Position numbers and translations under genes: made by a program. A stretch of 57,432 nucleotides of DNA, the filler included, from Sphacelaria rigidula (Eukaryota): assembly GCA_964200075.2 (NCBI GenBank). It is 7 parts of 7 records of this genome, joined end to end, with 100 filler letters (N's around TTAATTAATTAA, not from the genome) between each part and the next. Parts side by side here need not be neighbours in the genome. Positions count along the whole stretch, not along the records: positions 32,877 to 40,995 come from CAXNAA020012230.1; positions 41,096 to 49,214 come from CAXNAA020012231.1; positions 49,315 to 57,432 come from CAXNAA020012232.1; 4 more parts are not named here. One strand, written 5' to 3'. Shown one piece after another: positions 37,950-50,918 of this stretch; the stretch's first letter is position 1; every line of letters begins with the position of its first letter. Below the pieces are notes generated by a model. That model was not told where the DNA came from, did no database searches, and saw nothing but the letters and a program-made list of their open reading frames with translations.

Positions 37950-38380
37950 AAGGGCAAGGCGGAGCGGAAATGCAGATAAAGGCGGACAAGAGCGGAGAGG
38001 GACGGGGCAGATCGCGTTCCTGGAGAGTGCGGGGCGCGGCGACTGGGCAACGGAGCGGGAGCGGAGAGGGCGGTCATCGCGCATTTGTAAATGAGTTGTA
38101 GTATGCGGTCCGATTGGGTATTCAAGCGGAGATGAGGCGAGTAGGGATGCACAAATATAAGCGAGTTGCGGGTAATTGAGGAAAGAAGCGAATGAAAAGT
38201 ACAGAAGCGTGGGGGGCGGGGCGCAACTGGAGAACAACGGTAGAGGGTGGGAGAGCGAGTGGCGTTCTTGTAGCTGGTGCGGTGATACGTTTGTGGGGGC
38301 GTGAACGATGGCAATGATTGGGCCTCGTCGGCGTCCATTGGTTGGGGGTAAAGGGTGACGGGAGTGATAGAGATAGCGTT

Positions 38381-38452
38381 CAATAAATAAAAAAAATAAA
38401 AAAATAAATAATAATAATAATAATAATAATAATATAATAATAATAATAATTA
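38381..38452. repeat. (AAT)n / A-rich microsatellite between DIRS gag and pol
   Basis: Direct read. Confidence 0.9.
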
Positions 38453-38918
38453 AAATGACAGCTGTGATTATTCAGCTTCGCGAGAGCGGGCGGAAGAGAA
38501 TTTCCCCGCACGGCCGTTTGGGCGGACCAGCCCATCACTAGTGGCAGCTGAACGATGGCAACCAGCGCCCTAATTGCGTGCGCATATGTCTAGAACGCTT
38601 AAAACGATACTAGATAGCTTCTGAATTGAAACAGTGGCCCCGGTCGCACTGCGGATCTGGGTGAAATCCTGGCAGATTTGTAGCAGCATACTAGTACGTC
38701 TTGGTCGGACGCCTGGAGACGCGTTGAGGCTGGAGGTTGCTGAACTCATCCGCGATATACTGGGATGGGACTTTAGCCGACGGCAGCATCGTTTGACTGT
38801 TTGCGTGATGTATTTGTATTAACATTCACAGTCAGGCTAAGAAAAAAAAAAAACGGAGCTAGTATTATAATTTCATGCATGCTTGCACGCGTCATACCTT
38901 GCCTCACGTACATAATAG

Positions 38919-40927
38919 GTGGATGCAGAGGCCTGGTTGAAAGGGTTAAGTATCAGAAGACGTGCAGTGGGGCCTATCAGCGCCCCGGCGCCAACGCTCA
39001 CAAAGCAAGAACAACAGTGGGCGCGAGCAGCGGGTTGGCACCAGAGCAGCGCAAGCACGACGCCCACACCAGACGACGTTTTACGCACGCAGTTTGTATC
39101 GGCGGCAACAGCACCGTGGGCTATAGCTTTTCGTGATGACCAAAATTTCGTGCCGGGGATGCTTGAGCAACATGTTGACTTTTGGGACAAAAAATTGTTA
39201 GCAGGACACCCAGACCGTGGCGAAATTTTACCATGGATTGTACACGGGGTAAGCGCATTCGCTTTCTTGAACGATCGAGCAAAAGGGAACACAGTATACC
39301 AGCCGTTCGCACCAGACGCTTTCCCAGGACGTGTTTTTCCCAATCGGATACCGCGAGAACATGCCGCTTTCATAGAGGACGAAGTAACCGCTTTGGTAGG
39401 CAGGGGATGCCTAGTACCTTGGGCAACAGTTAATGGCCCAGGAGGAGACCAAAGACCTAGACTTGTACAAGCTTTGAGCGTCGAGCCCACAAAGCCGCGA
39501 CTAGTATACGATGAAAGACCACTTAACGAACACTGTAAGCATGTACCTTTCTCTAGGACATAGTTAGTGCGATTGCGGGCATGGCATGGCAAGGATGCTT
39601 TCAGGGTTCTTTAGATGACAAAAGCGGGTTTCATCACATCATGCTGCATCCAGACTCGTGGCTGTTGTTTGGTGTCGAATTCTAGGGAGTGGACTACGTA
39701 TGGACGGTAATTCCATTTGGTTGGAATGAGAGCACGTACGTCTACCACAAAGTTTCGGGAGTCAGATCGTATTTCTTGAGGACGCGTGGCATACCCGCAT
39801 CTACATACATTGACGACGCGTGGTTGACAGGCCCGTTGAACACAAAAGGGCAGAAAGAGCAGTTGCAGTGGAGAGCAGCGGCAGCAGTGATAGCACTGGC
39901 GGCGTCTGTTTCCTTCTTGGCAGGGTTTAACTCGAGCATCAAAAAGTGCGATCTTGTCCCGCGGAGAGTGCAGCGGTACTTAGGTATTTTATGTGACTCA
40001 ACGAGCGCCGTACCGTGTTCCGCAGGACAAGCAAGCTGGACAAGCTTGGCACCTTGATTAGGAGGGTGATGGAAAACAGGGCAGTAGATGCGGCTACGCT
40101 GCAAAAGATCACGGGAAAGTGCATGAGTATGAAGGTAGCGGTGCGGCCGCGGTCCCTGTGGACACACTTTATTAGGGAAATGGTTGACGGAGATCCCAGT
40201 GCAGAAAGGTTGCGGCCTCTGGGATGAAATAGAGCAATGGTTAGGCGTTACGCAGCATTCGCAGCAGGGTCCGTGGTATTCCGCCAAGCACTATGCGCTG
40301 GCCGTCACGAGGGGCGCCACGGATGCTTCGTCAGCAGCATGGGGGGGTGTGATGCGAGTGGACGGTCAGCTTTTCCAAGCTGGTGCAGAATTTTCCTCAG
40401 TATGGATACAGCAGCACATTAACGCCAAGGTGGAGTTTGTGAGGTTGCGCCATGAGATTTTCGCGGATTTGTGGATGTTCTTCGGGGCATTTGACGCAGA
40501 CCTCATGGCCACAAACGTCCCAGTGCACCGGGTGCCACGAGGGCAACCAAGAGAGGGCAGTGGATTGCCGTTTTGCGCGCGATACGCATGTCCGGGAGCG
40601 GCGGCAATAGATGTGCTGGCGCAAGATGTTGCACTGATTCCGGGCTTGAGCGAGAAGGGTTTTAATTTCTGTTTCTCGCCCGTGTGTATGGTGGGGGTGG
40701 TGTTGCAACGAATGGAGGAGTGCAGGGCAAGAGCAGTGGTCGTGGTACCAGCGACAAAAGGGGCTTGGTATCCTAGGTTAAGGAGTGCGCGTGTCAAGGA
40801 GAAATTGGTAGTAAAGGCAGGAGAGCGGCATGCATTCTTCTCAGAGCACCATGCAAAGGGTGTAAGGTCGTTTGTATTTGAGAAATGGGACATGGTAGCG
40901 GTGGAGCTTAATTTTGGACTGGCATAG
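38919..40927 (+). pseudogene. DIRS pol: RT - RNase H - adenine methyltransferase-like (MT) domain, disrupted
   Basis: KPRLVYDERPLN, SLDDKSGFHH, VIPFGW, STYIDD; RNase H ATDASSAAWGG..HIN; MT-like FDADLMAT..FCARY..IDVLAQD..FCFSP..RAVVVVP..WYPRL. Frameshifts near 39555 and 40015; stop near 39683. Confidence 0.9.
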
Positions 40928-42462
40928 TCAGCCCGTTATGCCTTTGTCACTTCATGGTCCTCCGTGCTGCTGTGCTAGGTGATGGAGGGCACAGANNNNN
41001 NNNNNNNNNNNNNNNNNNNNNNNNNNNNNNNNNNNNNNNTTAATTAATTAANNNNNNNNNNNNNNNNNNNNNNNNNNNNNNNNNNNNNNNNNNNNCCTCT
41101 TCCGATCAAGACCGCCAAATTCCTCGAAGGGAATACTGTGCGGAAGCTGCATACACAACACGTGTGCTAAAAAAAAAAAAAAAAAAAAAAACGTTGCCTG
41201 TTAGGAACGCTAGGGCATCCACTCTAAATCTGAAATTACGTTCTGAATCTCACGAAGATAGTGTTAAAAGAGGTATATCGATAGACATTACCAACGACAA
41301 TAGAACGAGAAATTTGCCGATCGATGGCCATTACGGACAACAATACTGGCATCTACTGCAGCAGATTCTATTATTGCTATCGCAATAGATGCCGTCTATT
41401 GTCCAGGGTGTGCTCAGCTCCAGTATTGCCGGTATTAATAACTTGACTGCGGTATGGACATTCTATATCCAACATAATTGGCGAAACTACTCGATTTAGG
41501 TGTACAAAGACTTGTTACTTGGGTTTTGTGTACCCGCGTATATACATATTGCTTGGGTTTAGCGTGGTTTCACTAATCACTTGGGTGTAGAATGAACCGC
41601 ACGAATCACTTGACTACCGTACGGCCATTCTATATCCAAGACGGTAGCCCAAGCTGCGTTAGATTACAGAAGATCAACTTAGCCAGGTGTTCTGGTATTT
41701 GAAGGGACTGGCCTCGATGAGATACAACAACCTCTTGGGCACGCATGACTCGGAATAAAAGCAACATTTGGATATGAATATTTGATTGGGCCGTTGAGGA
41801 ACGAGAGCTTCTTGGAAAGATCCGTATTGATATTCCTACTTGTTGACAGCGCTTGATAAGAGATAGTTTTTGTATGGTTGAATTGTCCTGTCGGCATATT
41901 ATATATTATGTGCATAAGGGACAGTATTGGCGGAAGGTTCCCTGGACTGGAGGGACAATACGATAAACGAGATATTTACCGTTACGCACGAACTATTGGA
42001 TGTTTGGGCCAGCAACGTCTCGGTTTCTCTCTACCTACCGTTGGCTCGTCGTTCTCGTACCATGACTATGTGTGGATATAATTCTTGGCGTACGACTTGT
42101 AGGGTTGTATCGGGTAGGGTTGTATCGGGTGCCTCCAACCCTTCCGTGATCACTCTCTTCGGATATCTGGAAAACAGCAGCTTTGGCCTGCTGTTGCTAG
42201 GAGTTTCAAGTGAGTCCTTACTGGTAAGCCCTACCTGTGAGGACTATTGGCTTTTGGTTGGTACTATAAAATACAATTGAATATCTAATTGTGTTAACAC
42301 CTGGATTTAAACAACTCACTGCGGTATAAAATTGGGGAGACTGTTTGGCCTTGTATGCGCGGAAACACACACTACTCGAGCCTCTGTTCGTGAGAACATA
42401 CAGGACAAATGTGTAGTGGGGTTTCCTTCTCAGGGGGTATTACACTAAGTTATTTCATAATT

Positions 42463-42545
42463 GGGGCTTCAGCTGGGATTCGAACCCAGGACCTACTCAA
42501 CTCAGAAAGACTCATATCTTACACAATTGTCATTTACCACACCTA
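42463..42545 (-). other. tRNA-derived (SINE-like) head with an intact T-arm/B-box; not a complete tRNA
   Basis: The minus strand reads CTGGG-TTCGAAT-CCCAG (42473-42489) with an A-box-like GTGTGGTAAATGA upstream. No full cloverleaf. Confidence 0.5.
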
Positions 42546-43099
42546 AAACCAGAAATGGGACCGAAACATGCCTGGTAAAATGCTCAAAACAAAGAACACC
42601 ATGAGAGCTCGTTGTAGCCCATGACCGGTAGATTCGCCTCTTACGACCTGCCGAGCACCGGTTGATGCTCTGCGGGACAATAAAACAAAATATCCAAATC
42701 TCAAATGAATCGTGCGCGGTACACAGACGGAATCAACCATGAGTTGCATCCTAAATCCGTGACTATCAGAACACATCTTACGTTCACATCCGTCCGATAG
42801 AAATACTAGTACTCGTCGAAAACCGTTTCTCCAAATATCATAGCACAAGTCTAGTATACATGTACCATATTACCGGAGTTTTTTAGCTACTTCTCACCGT
42901 TTTTCGCGGCGTCTCTCTCCTTATTTTTATTTTTGGTGATGTGGCTTGTAAGAAGTAGCAGGGACGGTAATGGAAAAGCGAGCCTACGTCTGTGACCACG
43001 GGTTCGCGATATCGGACTTATGTGCGGAAATAATGATAATAAATTAATAACGGCAACTTTTGGGCACTCAAAGGGGAGGTGCATAGGTGCCCGAAATTC

Positions 43100-43400
43100 C
43101 AATCTACGGGCCCCCTCCATCCCCGTGTATCTGGCATGTCCATTTGGGATATCAGACTCGCCTGGGATCTGAGATACAGACATTCATCTGCGACATGTCC
43201 ATCTATCTGGGGTATGGATCTCTTAGGTGGAGCTCCCAGGTGAACATCTTAGATGGATGTCCATATTCCAGATTGATACACTAGATGGAAGTGTATATCC
43301 CAGGTTGACATTCCAGATGAATGTCCATATCTCAGATGGATGCTGATACCCTAGTTGGATACGATATTCCAGATGTGTATATGGCGTTCCAGATGGAGGT
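43100..43400. repeat. Degenerate (CCAGATG/CATCTGG)-rich tandem block
   Basis: Recurrent ATCTGG, CCAGATG and GTCCAT units in both orientations. Confidence 0.7.
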
Positions 43401-43698
43401 CTCTCGAAAATGCAGGCTCCCACAATGGCTTCTTCAATCGCAGGTACACATGCCCCACGCACCACCGGGAAGAACTAGTAGAGACCGGTTGGAAACGGTC
43501 TATGTTAGCACACTCCGAAACTTACTGTAGACTATCTGGTAATCCCATCTTTACCAGGCGCCAACCAAGTGTCGTTCTTTGCATTCCTTCGACTATCATA
43601 TCGTATCACAGTTCCATATGAAACCATTCAAGTACGCAAGAGATTCTGCAAGAAGACCTCCGAACACGTGCTGGCTGTCCAGACCATGACTTGCTCAC

Positions 43699-46600
43699 CT
43701 TGTCGCTGAGAAGCTGCACAATCATGGAGAAGCAAACGGGCATAAACTCCTGGTAGTCGATAATGCCGTCACCGTTTTTGTCGATCAAAGCTGCACGGTG
43801 GCAGAGTCCAGGTACAGAGATAGGCGGTCGCCACAATGAACAGTACTGAGCGACCCGACAAAAAAACGAATAATAGCGTGGGTCTTGTCATCTGCAATAT
43901 TCTCATCTGGGGCATTTCAACATGGTCATGCAAACGAGCTTCCACAAAATGTGATGACACTACTGCTAGCTTGAAGGCTTGAAACCCCCGAGACGTGGCG
44001 AGAGATCTCCGTACTTTACTGGTCTACTTGATCCGTACATAGGTGGTTATCCAAAGTATGCATGTCGTGCTACATATTCATGCCAAGATAGAAACGCAAT
44101 GACGGGCGCGGAAGGCGGGGGTTCGGGGTCGTTACACCATGTGGGCGAGCAAAGCGGACGGGCAACTCACTCAAGATGAGGTTCCGCTCTCGCCGCGTGA
44201 AGCCCATGCCCGACTCCTCAAGGCACCGGATGAACTCATCGCGATCTAACGCCCCGCTGTCGTCGCCGTCGGCCGCGCGGAAAATCTGCTGTATCGAGGC
44301 CTCGAGTTCATGGCGCGGCAGTCCCTTCATGAGGTAGTCCGCCACCTTATATGTTCAGCAGCGTTTAATCCGAGGAAAGAATCGTTTGGGTGTGTTTCGC
44401 CGTCTTGTGCACTTGGACCATGCGCACGTGGTGGAGGGGGGGCATACTCATTTGTTGCTTGCCTTAGTCGTGTGACCATTGACCACGCATCCCTTTCGAC
44501 ACGGAGCACGTCACACTTAGTGGGGAGGAACCTCACGACGGGATCGCGTGACCGCCATTGCAGGTGAACGGGTTCATGACCCTGCCATGAATACGCATGA
44601 ATACTAGCCAACTAATCGCAGAGGGTGGGTTCCGCGATGTTTAACCAAGTAGGTTCCGCGATGACCTACCATGTAGCAAATGGGCAGTCGACTCTGCAAA
44701 TATATGTTTCTGGATATTCCAACATCTGCGCAATATCGATCGAACTGGTGGCTGGATTGTCCCGCGACCACTGACCTCATTTTGTGCGGAAAGCCGCTTT
44801 CTGCGCATATCCCTTTCACTTGCGTATTGTTCCTTTGCCATGATGGCCTGTTGGAGCAGGGAGAGGAACGCCACATGAAGCGATCGGGGAGTTACGGTCG
44901 ACAAAGCGCGCTGTCCCACGGTGTTTCTACTGACACCTTCGTTCGAGAAATACCGCAACTAATACGCACGTATTTTGAAGCAGTATCCGCATCCTACGCT
45001 TGTCGTAGTCCGCGCATTTTGTGTCCACTGGCATTTTGAGGAAGGTGTTTGTGAGGAAAAGTCGCACCGGAGGAACGGGATCGTCCCCCCGAGGAATTTG
45101 GTCGGGTCCCGGTAGACGATATTTAGTCTTATCACCCCCCAAATCTCATGATAGACTATGGTACTGTGATATGTAGCACATCTTGACAGGATGCAGAGAA
45201 TGTGCAACACACCATATTTTTCATTCTATTTTCCGTGGATGCCGTTCTATCGTACCTCAATGGTCTCCATGGCCACAGGCAGGAACTCCCTGTATTCTAT
45301 TACGCCGTCATCGTTGTTGTCCGCCTCTGCCATAATCTCCAAAACATCGAGCGACGTTAGTCCTATCTCTGAGCCAATCAATTCAAACACCTGCGCAATC
45401 ATCGTCAAAGCAAAATCGCAGCCTGAGACCATATGCGTGTGTTGTGTGTTGTGTGTTGTCATCTAATCTATTCTAAACGCCAGTCTACACCTTTCGGTAC
45501 ATGTGGGCGCGTCAGCCGGGGTCACACAGGAGGAAGGCCAACAAGGCCGTTTATTCTATTGTATTTTAGTCCTCTACACTTTCCTTCTGCGATGCTTGGC
45601 TGATTTCTTGTCGCGAGAGAGATTCGGCGGTCCCTTTCCCTCGTCGACCGTGAAGTCGAAATTATTCTGTTATGGGTCTTGAAAAAGACGCCGAGATTTC
45701 GAAACAAATTTCCAGACATCATCGTGGGACCAGGGCCTTATGCACGTAGAACCCAGTAATTTCGTCCGACGGGTTCAGCAGCTATTGGACCCAACAAATA
45801 TCATCCCAACAAAGCCATGCGAATACTTCAATGGCAGCCCGCAGAATAAAGATGGCGTGTGGAGCACTGACAGTACGTTTCACGAAGCGTCTTGCATGGA
45901 GAGCTCTCCGCCGATTTCGGATTTCTGGGAGTGCGGCGTGGGCAGCAGCACTAAAACTGTGGATAATGGGGCACAGCATTAGCGTCCGCCGGGAAAACGA
46001 AGTTGTACGTTTCCCATATAATAGTATGTTTGGAGCGTTGGGAATACATTGTCCACGTGGTGCGTTGATCTTCGCCGCCAATCAATGTCTCGAAGTAGTT
46101 ACGTCGTAGCTGTCGACGAAACCTCAAAATCATCAACGCCTACCTCTTGGAACTCTTTTCTCTCGAGAGTACCGTTCCCGTCAACGTCGGCCTCTTGGAA
46201 AACCATCGAAATTCGGTCGGACAGCGCGTCTTTCAACTTTGGATCCCGTGCGTCAGACGCTTCCGTAGGCCCTTCGGCTGCCACCTGATTTGCGAGAGCA
46301 TTCGGCAGACGGGATCGATTCGTACGCGTCCCTTCTTGTTGAGACGGTCTAACCGAGATTATTTCTCGTTCTTTTGGCGAAGACGCGTAGCGTGCAAAGC
46401 CGGCATAGACTGTAAGATAGTAGGGGGTAGTGGCGAGCGTCGTAAGCGAACCCAAAGGCAACATTTGCATTTTTTTCGTCCATTTTCTCAAGTTTCCTTT
46501 AGCGAGTATTGTTGTTCAATTTCCTTAGATGCGTCCTTCTTGTGACTAAGGCCGGGTCCGTCGCGGATCAATGAACATGGGAAACTGATATAGATACTTC

Positions 46601-48100
46601 CGGGAACCTGTATGCTTCTGTCAGCATGACTTTCGTGAGTGTAAATATCTGGATAACTAGACTCTTTCGGAAAGACGCTTTTGCTTCCTCATAATAATAT
46701 GACCTGGTGTTGTGTGAAGGTAACAAGGATAGCCAAAAATATCCAGTTAGTTAGATTTACACTTCCAAAAGCTGCGCTGACAGGACAAAACGGGTTTCCG
46801 AAACCATCTGACAACAAATCAATGAATCAATGAATCAACATATATATATATATATATAGCTCCCTTAAGCGACCGGCTCTGCATCTATCGACGCTATGGT
46901 AACCCAACGAAACGCCGAGGCTTACTTTTCGTCTACCGTTGTGAGTGGGACGCCCGATGGCATTTAGTTACGAAGGGGTGGAGCGTGCAGGTTGTATGTC
47001 ATGTGGAGTCGTGAGTCCATGAATGGAGTTTACCAAAGTCGTGTTCTGTAGGGTACGGTTTTACGGTTTTCTGTATACCCGGGGTATTTTGCCGGGTATT
47101 CACCGTACCCAACAGTTCTGTGAATTCTGTAAGACTTCCATACCGGTACCCGACAGTTCTGTAATCTCTGTAAGACTTCCATACCCTTACCCGACAGTTC
47201 TGTAATCTCTGTATGCCTCCCGTACCGTTACCGGGGGGCACGGGTACGCTCTTGGTTTTCTGTGCAACCTCCATACCCTACCCGACAGTTTCTGTGAGTT
47301 CTGTAAGCCTCCCATACCCTTACCCAATAGTTATGTGAGTTCTGTACAAAAACTATACCCTAACCCGAGGGGCAGGTGTGCTCTACAAGAGTTACCCGAT
47401 TGCCGGTACCGGTCATCTGTAAGCCTCCCGTACCGCACCCGAGAAGTTCTGAAATTTCTGTAAGAGTTTCATATCGGTACCCGACAGTTCTGTAAACTTT
47501 GTTAGACTTTCATACCGGTACCCAACAGTTCTGCAAGTTCTGTAAGGAATATCATACCTTGCAGAACGTACCCGTACCTTACAGAACACAACCTTGGAGT
47601 TTACCAAGTGTGTCCGATCCACAAAAGACGTGACTGACCTCTGTTTCTATGCTCCAATACTTCTCCATTCACCTAGAATTTCTGGTGTGTGACCTGCATG
47701 GTACTTTGACCATGAGAATGTGATACATCCGATCTGGTACTTCTGTTGCCGAAGTACTGCCTCCTAGCAGTACCCGCCTGTACGTTTACTAGGATTTTTT
47801 TGTCATAATCCAATTCAATCACCATAACAGTACGCAACTGTATGGTAAAATTATTCCATCCTGAACTAGAGACAACCTACGCTGAACATGCCTAGCGGGG
47901 AGCCTCCGATGCGCGCATTTCAATGGCCGTTTGATCGTGATCCACGAGCGACGATTCTCACCTCGTTAACCCCCAGTTTGATCACGCCCAAGTCCTCACT
48001 GGGTGCAACGTCTGCATCCGCTGGCGCTAAGCTTTCCACGAACAGCGCACCTACTCGTGACTTGTTCGTCGAGAGAGCCTCGAAGTACTCACACCCGAAT
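43699..48100 (-). CDS. RIIa dimerization/docking + multi-EF-hand protein (radial spoke protein 7-like), partial; exons 47962-48100, 46144-46284, 45256-45390, 44776-44847, 44171-44345, 43699-43790
   Basis: Phase-compatible GT-AG exons. FGCEYFEAL resembles the end of an RIIa D/D domain. Four EF loops follow: DVDGNGTLERKE, DNNDDGVIEYRE, DGDDSGALDRDE, DKNGDGIIDYQE. The EF-hand call is solid; the RSP7 call is an inference. Confidence 0.85.
45436..45737 (-). mobile_element. SINE/LINE 3'-end-like repeat with a (CAACACA)n tail; second copy at 32703-32776 (contig end)
   Basis: TGTGTTGTGTGTTGTC..TATTCT..CGCCAGTCTAC.CCTTTCGG.A.ATGTGGGCGC.TCAGC is shared by both copies. Confidence 0.7.
47034..47596. mobile_element. 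MITE (probably hAT-type) in an intron of the RSP7-like gene
   Basis: TIR CAAAGTCGTGTTCTGTAGGGTACG / CGTACCTTACAGAACACAACCTTG, flanked by the direct repeat GAGTTTAC (47026-47033 and 47597-47604). Confidence 0.85.
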
Positions 48101-49156
48101 CTGAAACAAGAGAGAACAAATTACGAGCGCTTGACGCCTGCAAACGTATTCCCGTCAATATTGCAGTAATTCATGGCCTACCTTGCTTTGCATACATCAT
48201 CGTGACGCTAGTCATTTGCGGGTGCATGCTCACGGATGTGCCAACGTTCAATGCGTGTCCACCCCGAATTGGGCTACAGTACACAGACATGACAGTACCC
48301 ACGGTGACGACATACAACTGCATCGCGGTGGCACACATGCTCTACCCAACTACTGTGCCCGGTAGCACTAACCAGCGACCCGCAGCGCTACCACGATAAC
48401 TGGTGGTGAGCAGACAATCAACGCACGTGTCCTTCCCCCGGTGTCTACGTAGAATCAGTACGTTGTTGTCGCTCCACAACCGCAGAGACAAACATCTCCT
48501 GTACGGACCGGAGTTGAGACGTGCTGTTGTGAACTCTGACGAAACCTAACATGAGGGGGAATGTGTAACTTTTCAGGTTGTTTTGTGGGTTGCAGAACCC
48601 TGACTACGGTATCGGATGACCGACACTCTAAGAACCGACCTATCCGCTACGAGGGGTTAGGTAAATTTACCAGAGACATTAGCAGAGATGACGCTGGGAA
48701 CGCCAAAACACCAGCCTTTCACAATGAAACGGGGACGAGCACACCAGCACGCTGGGTTTTCTCCATGGAACAAGTGATTTTACAGATTGAGGACGGATTT
48801 CTCTTTGAGAATGAACCTTGCGAACCTTCGTAATTAGCATCGAAATGTTTTCGAAATCAAAATGTAAATAATGTACTCTCCGGTCGCCATGTGTGGCCTC
48901 GCTCATCCTCAAAAAATACATCCACGATTTATAAAATCCCGTGTGCGTACCGCACAATTTCGACCTCCGTTCGTTCCCGTACTTTTGTCATTTGTTCAGA
49001 GTAGTTGATACCCCAGGTACTCAGGGATACTTGGTGTTTTCGGCAGTTGATACGTGATAGCTAATGAGTTATCTCTGGAATAGTCGGTACTTCGGGGAGT
49101 TGTTGAGTTGTTACTTCATCTATTCTGGAATACCGAGTGCTGTGACGGTTCAAGAG

Positions 49157-49214
49157 ACAACCAACTAGACTACCGACCAGTCAGCGCTGACTGGTCAGTA
49201 GTCTCGTTGGTTGT
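49157..49214. repeat. 58-bp near-perfect loopless palindrome at the end of contig 6
   Basis: ACAACCAACTAGACTACCGACCAGTCAGC|GCTGACTGGTCAGTAGTCTCGTTGGTTGT, with 2 mismatched pairs. Confidence 0.9.
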
Positions 49215-49591
49215 NNNNNNNNNNNNNNNNNNNNNNNNNNNNNNNNNNNNNNNNNNNNTTAATTAATTAANNNNNNNNNNNNNNNNNNNNNNNNNNNNNN
49301 NNNNNNNNNNNNNNCGAAAACGGTCAAAATGGCGTGTTTGGCTGTGTTCGCGTTTCTGGCCATTTTTCGTGCCTTTCTTAGGCAAAAACGAGAAGGTATA
49401 CTTTTTCTAGGCCATTGCCCTGTTCACAACCGCAGTAGGAGACAGTCTCGTGACAGCACAGGCCGTGCCTGCCAGCGCTGGAGCAGCTTCGCACGGAGTT
49501 TGACGAGCGAATAAGAAGTGTTGACGCCGTACCCTGCGGCGACGGTAACATATTATGCTGCACTGCGATGTTGTATGTGTCATGATAACGA

Positions 49592-49628
49592 ACGGTACGG
49601 TACGGTACGGTACGGTACGGTACGGTAC
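49592..49628. repeat. (ACGGT)n pentanucleotide microsatellite
   Basis: About 7 units, direct read. Confidence 0.95.
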
Positions 49629-50918
49629 TATCCTACGACTCTCTGCCGTCGCTGCACTTGCAGGGTGATGAACGGCACTGCACTCGTGAACTCATGCCGC
49701 ACACTACGCACTGTTCTCGAAATACCGACTGTACCATCATGTATCACCACACGGCGTTATCGTGTACTGTGATGGACTGTACTGCACTTCATTATACCCT
49801 AGGGTGCCACGGTACGACGCTGTTCTTGCAGGATTATTCACTGCCTGCCTATTATTCGGCTTCACTGTGATACCACACCCTTGCAGACAATGACCTTCCG
49901 TGTACAGAACTATTTGAACAAATCTGTGAAGCCATGATGGGTTACCCACAGATCTGAGTTTCGCGAATCTGAATCCCCCTGATGTAGCACAGATTGGGGT
50001 CCCGCCAGATTCGGGATTGGTCCCCATTAAAAAATGGTCAGACTGCGAGAGTCGCCTCGGAACAGTTTCACCGGCTGACAGTCCAGAGACATCCGGGAGT
50101 TCCCAGGGGGCGGGCGGGTGATTGTTGACCGGGGGTAGGGGCCTGTTTGCAGAACAGCCGACAAGCTCACTGGGTCAACCATGTGCTGTTTGGAAGTGTC
50201 CCACCCAAAGTTGTAAACCAGGAACGAGGCCCGAGAGGAACGGTGTGACCATTTAAATAGCTGTGATTGGTCAACACGGTCAGAGGCGACACCCCAGGTG
50301 AACTACAGATGGACTGCCTAGCAGCCTATTAATAGCCGTGTTTCCCATTTTGGTTGTGACCTTTCAACCATAGATAAGATTGGCACAAACGTGCTCTCTT
50401 TCTCTGCTCGTAGTTTTTGCCGCCTACCTGACCCCTTTTGTGTTGCCAGCATAGCTTCACCCCATCTGTATTATGGTGTTGTTGTGGAACACTAGGCGAA
50501 GACATCAGCAGCGTGCAGTAGAGTGTGTTCAATGGACAGCGATGGCACGCTCACTGTTCCTTACCGCTGTATTCACCGAACATATACAACATATATACTG
50601 ACTGTGCACTAACTTGACTGCAGGGTAAGGGCCGGTCAGGGGCTTTCCTGTAATAATATGTTCTGAATATATGCCCAACATCCACATATTGATGAAAAAC
50701 GGCGTTCTGTGCAGTGAAAAAAAACTATTCTAAACCCCACGTGTGGAATAGCCTATCTGAGTCCATCTGAGGGGAGTTCGCAATCTAACGATTAATGCAG
50801 CGCCAATCAACCGTCTTCTTTGCAATGCGGTTTCGCGTCACTGGCATCGACACCAGCCGGTGAACTTGTGATTCTATTTTTCAAGATTGAAATAATTTAC
50901 ATGACGTCTCTTGCATAG

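Larger units (their letters stand above)
35830..40995 (+). mobile_element. Decayed DIRS/PAT-type (tyrosine recombinase class) retrotransposon; YR gene not within the contig; 5' end approximate
   Basis: A gag-like ORF with a zinc knuckle is followed by DIRS-type RT, RNase H and an MT domain. Confidence 0.85.

Noticed and set aside
24658-40995. Functional linkage of ftsZ with the DIRS element, or a bacterial origin of ftsZ
   Set aside because: They lie on different unlinked contigs, and ftsZ has spliceosomal introns.
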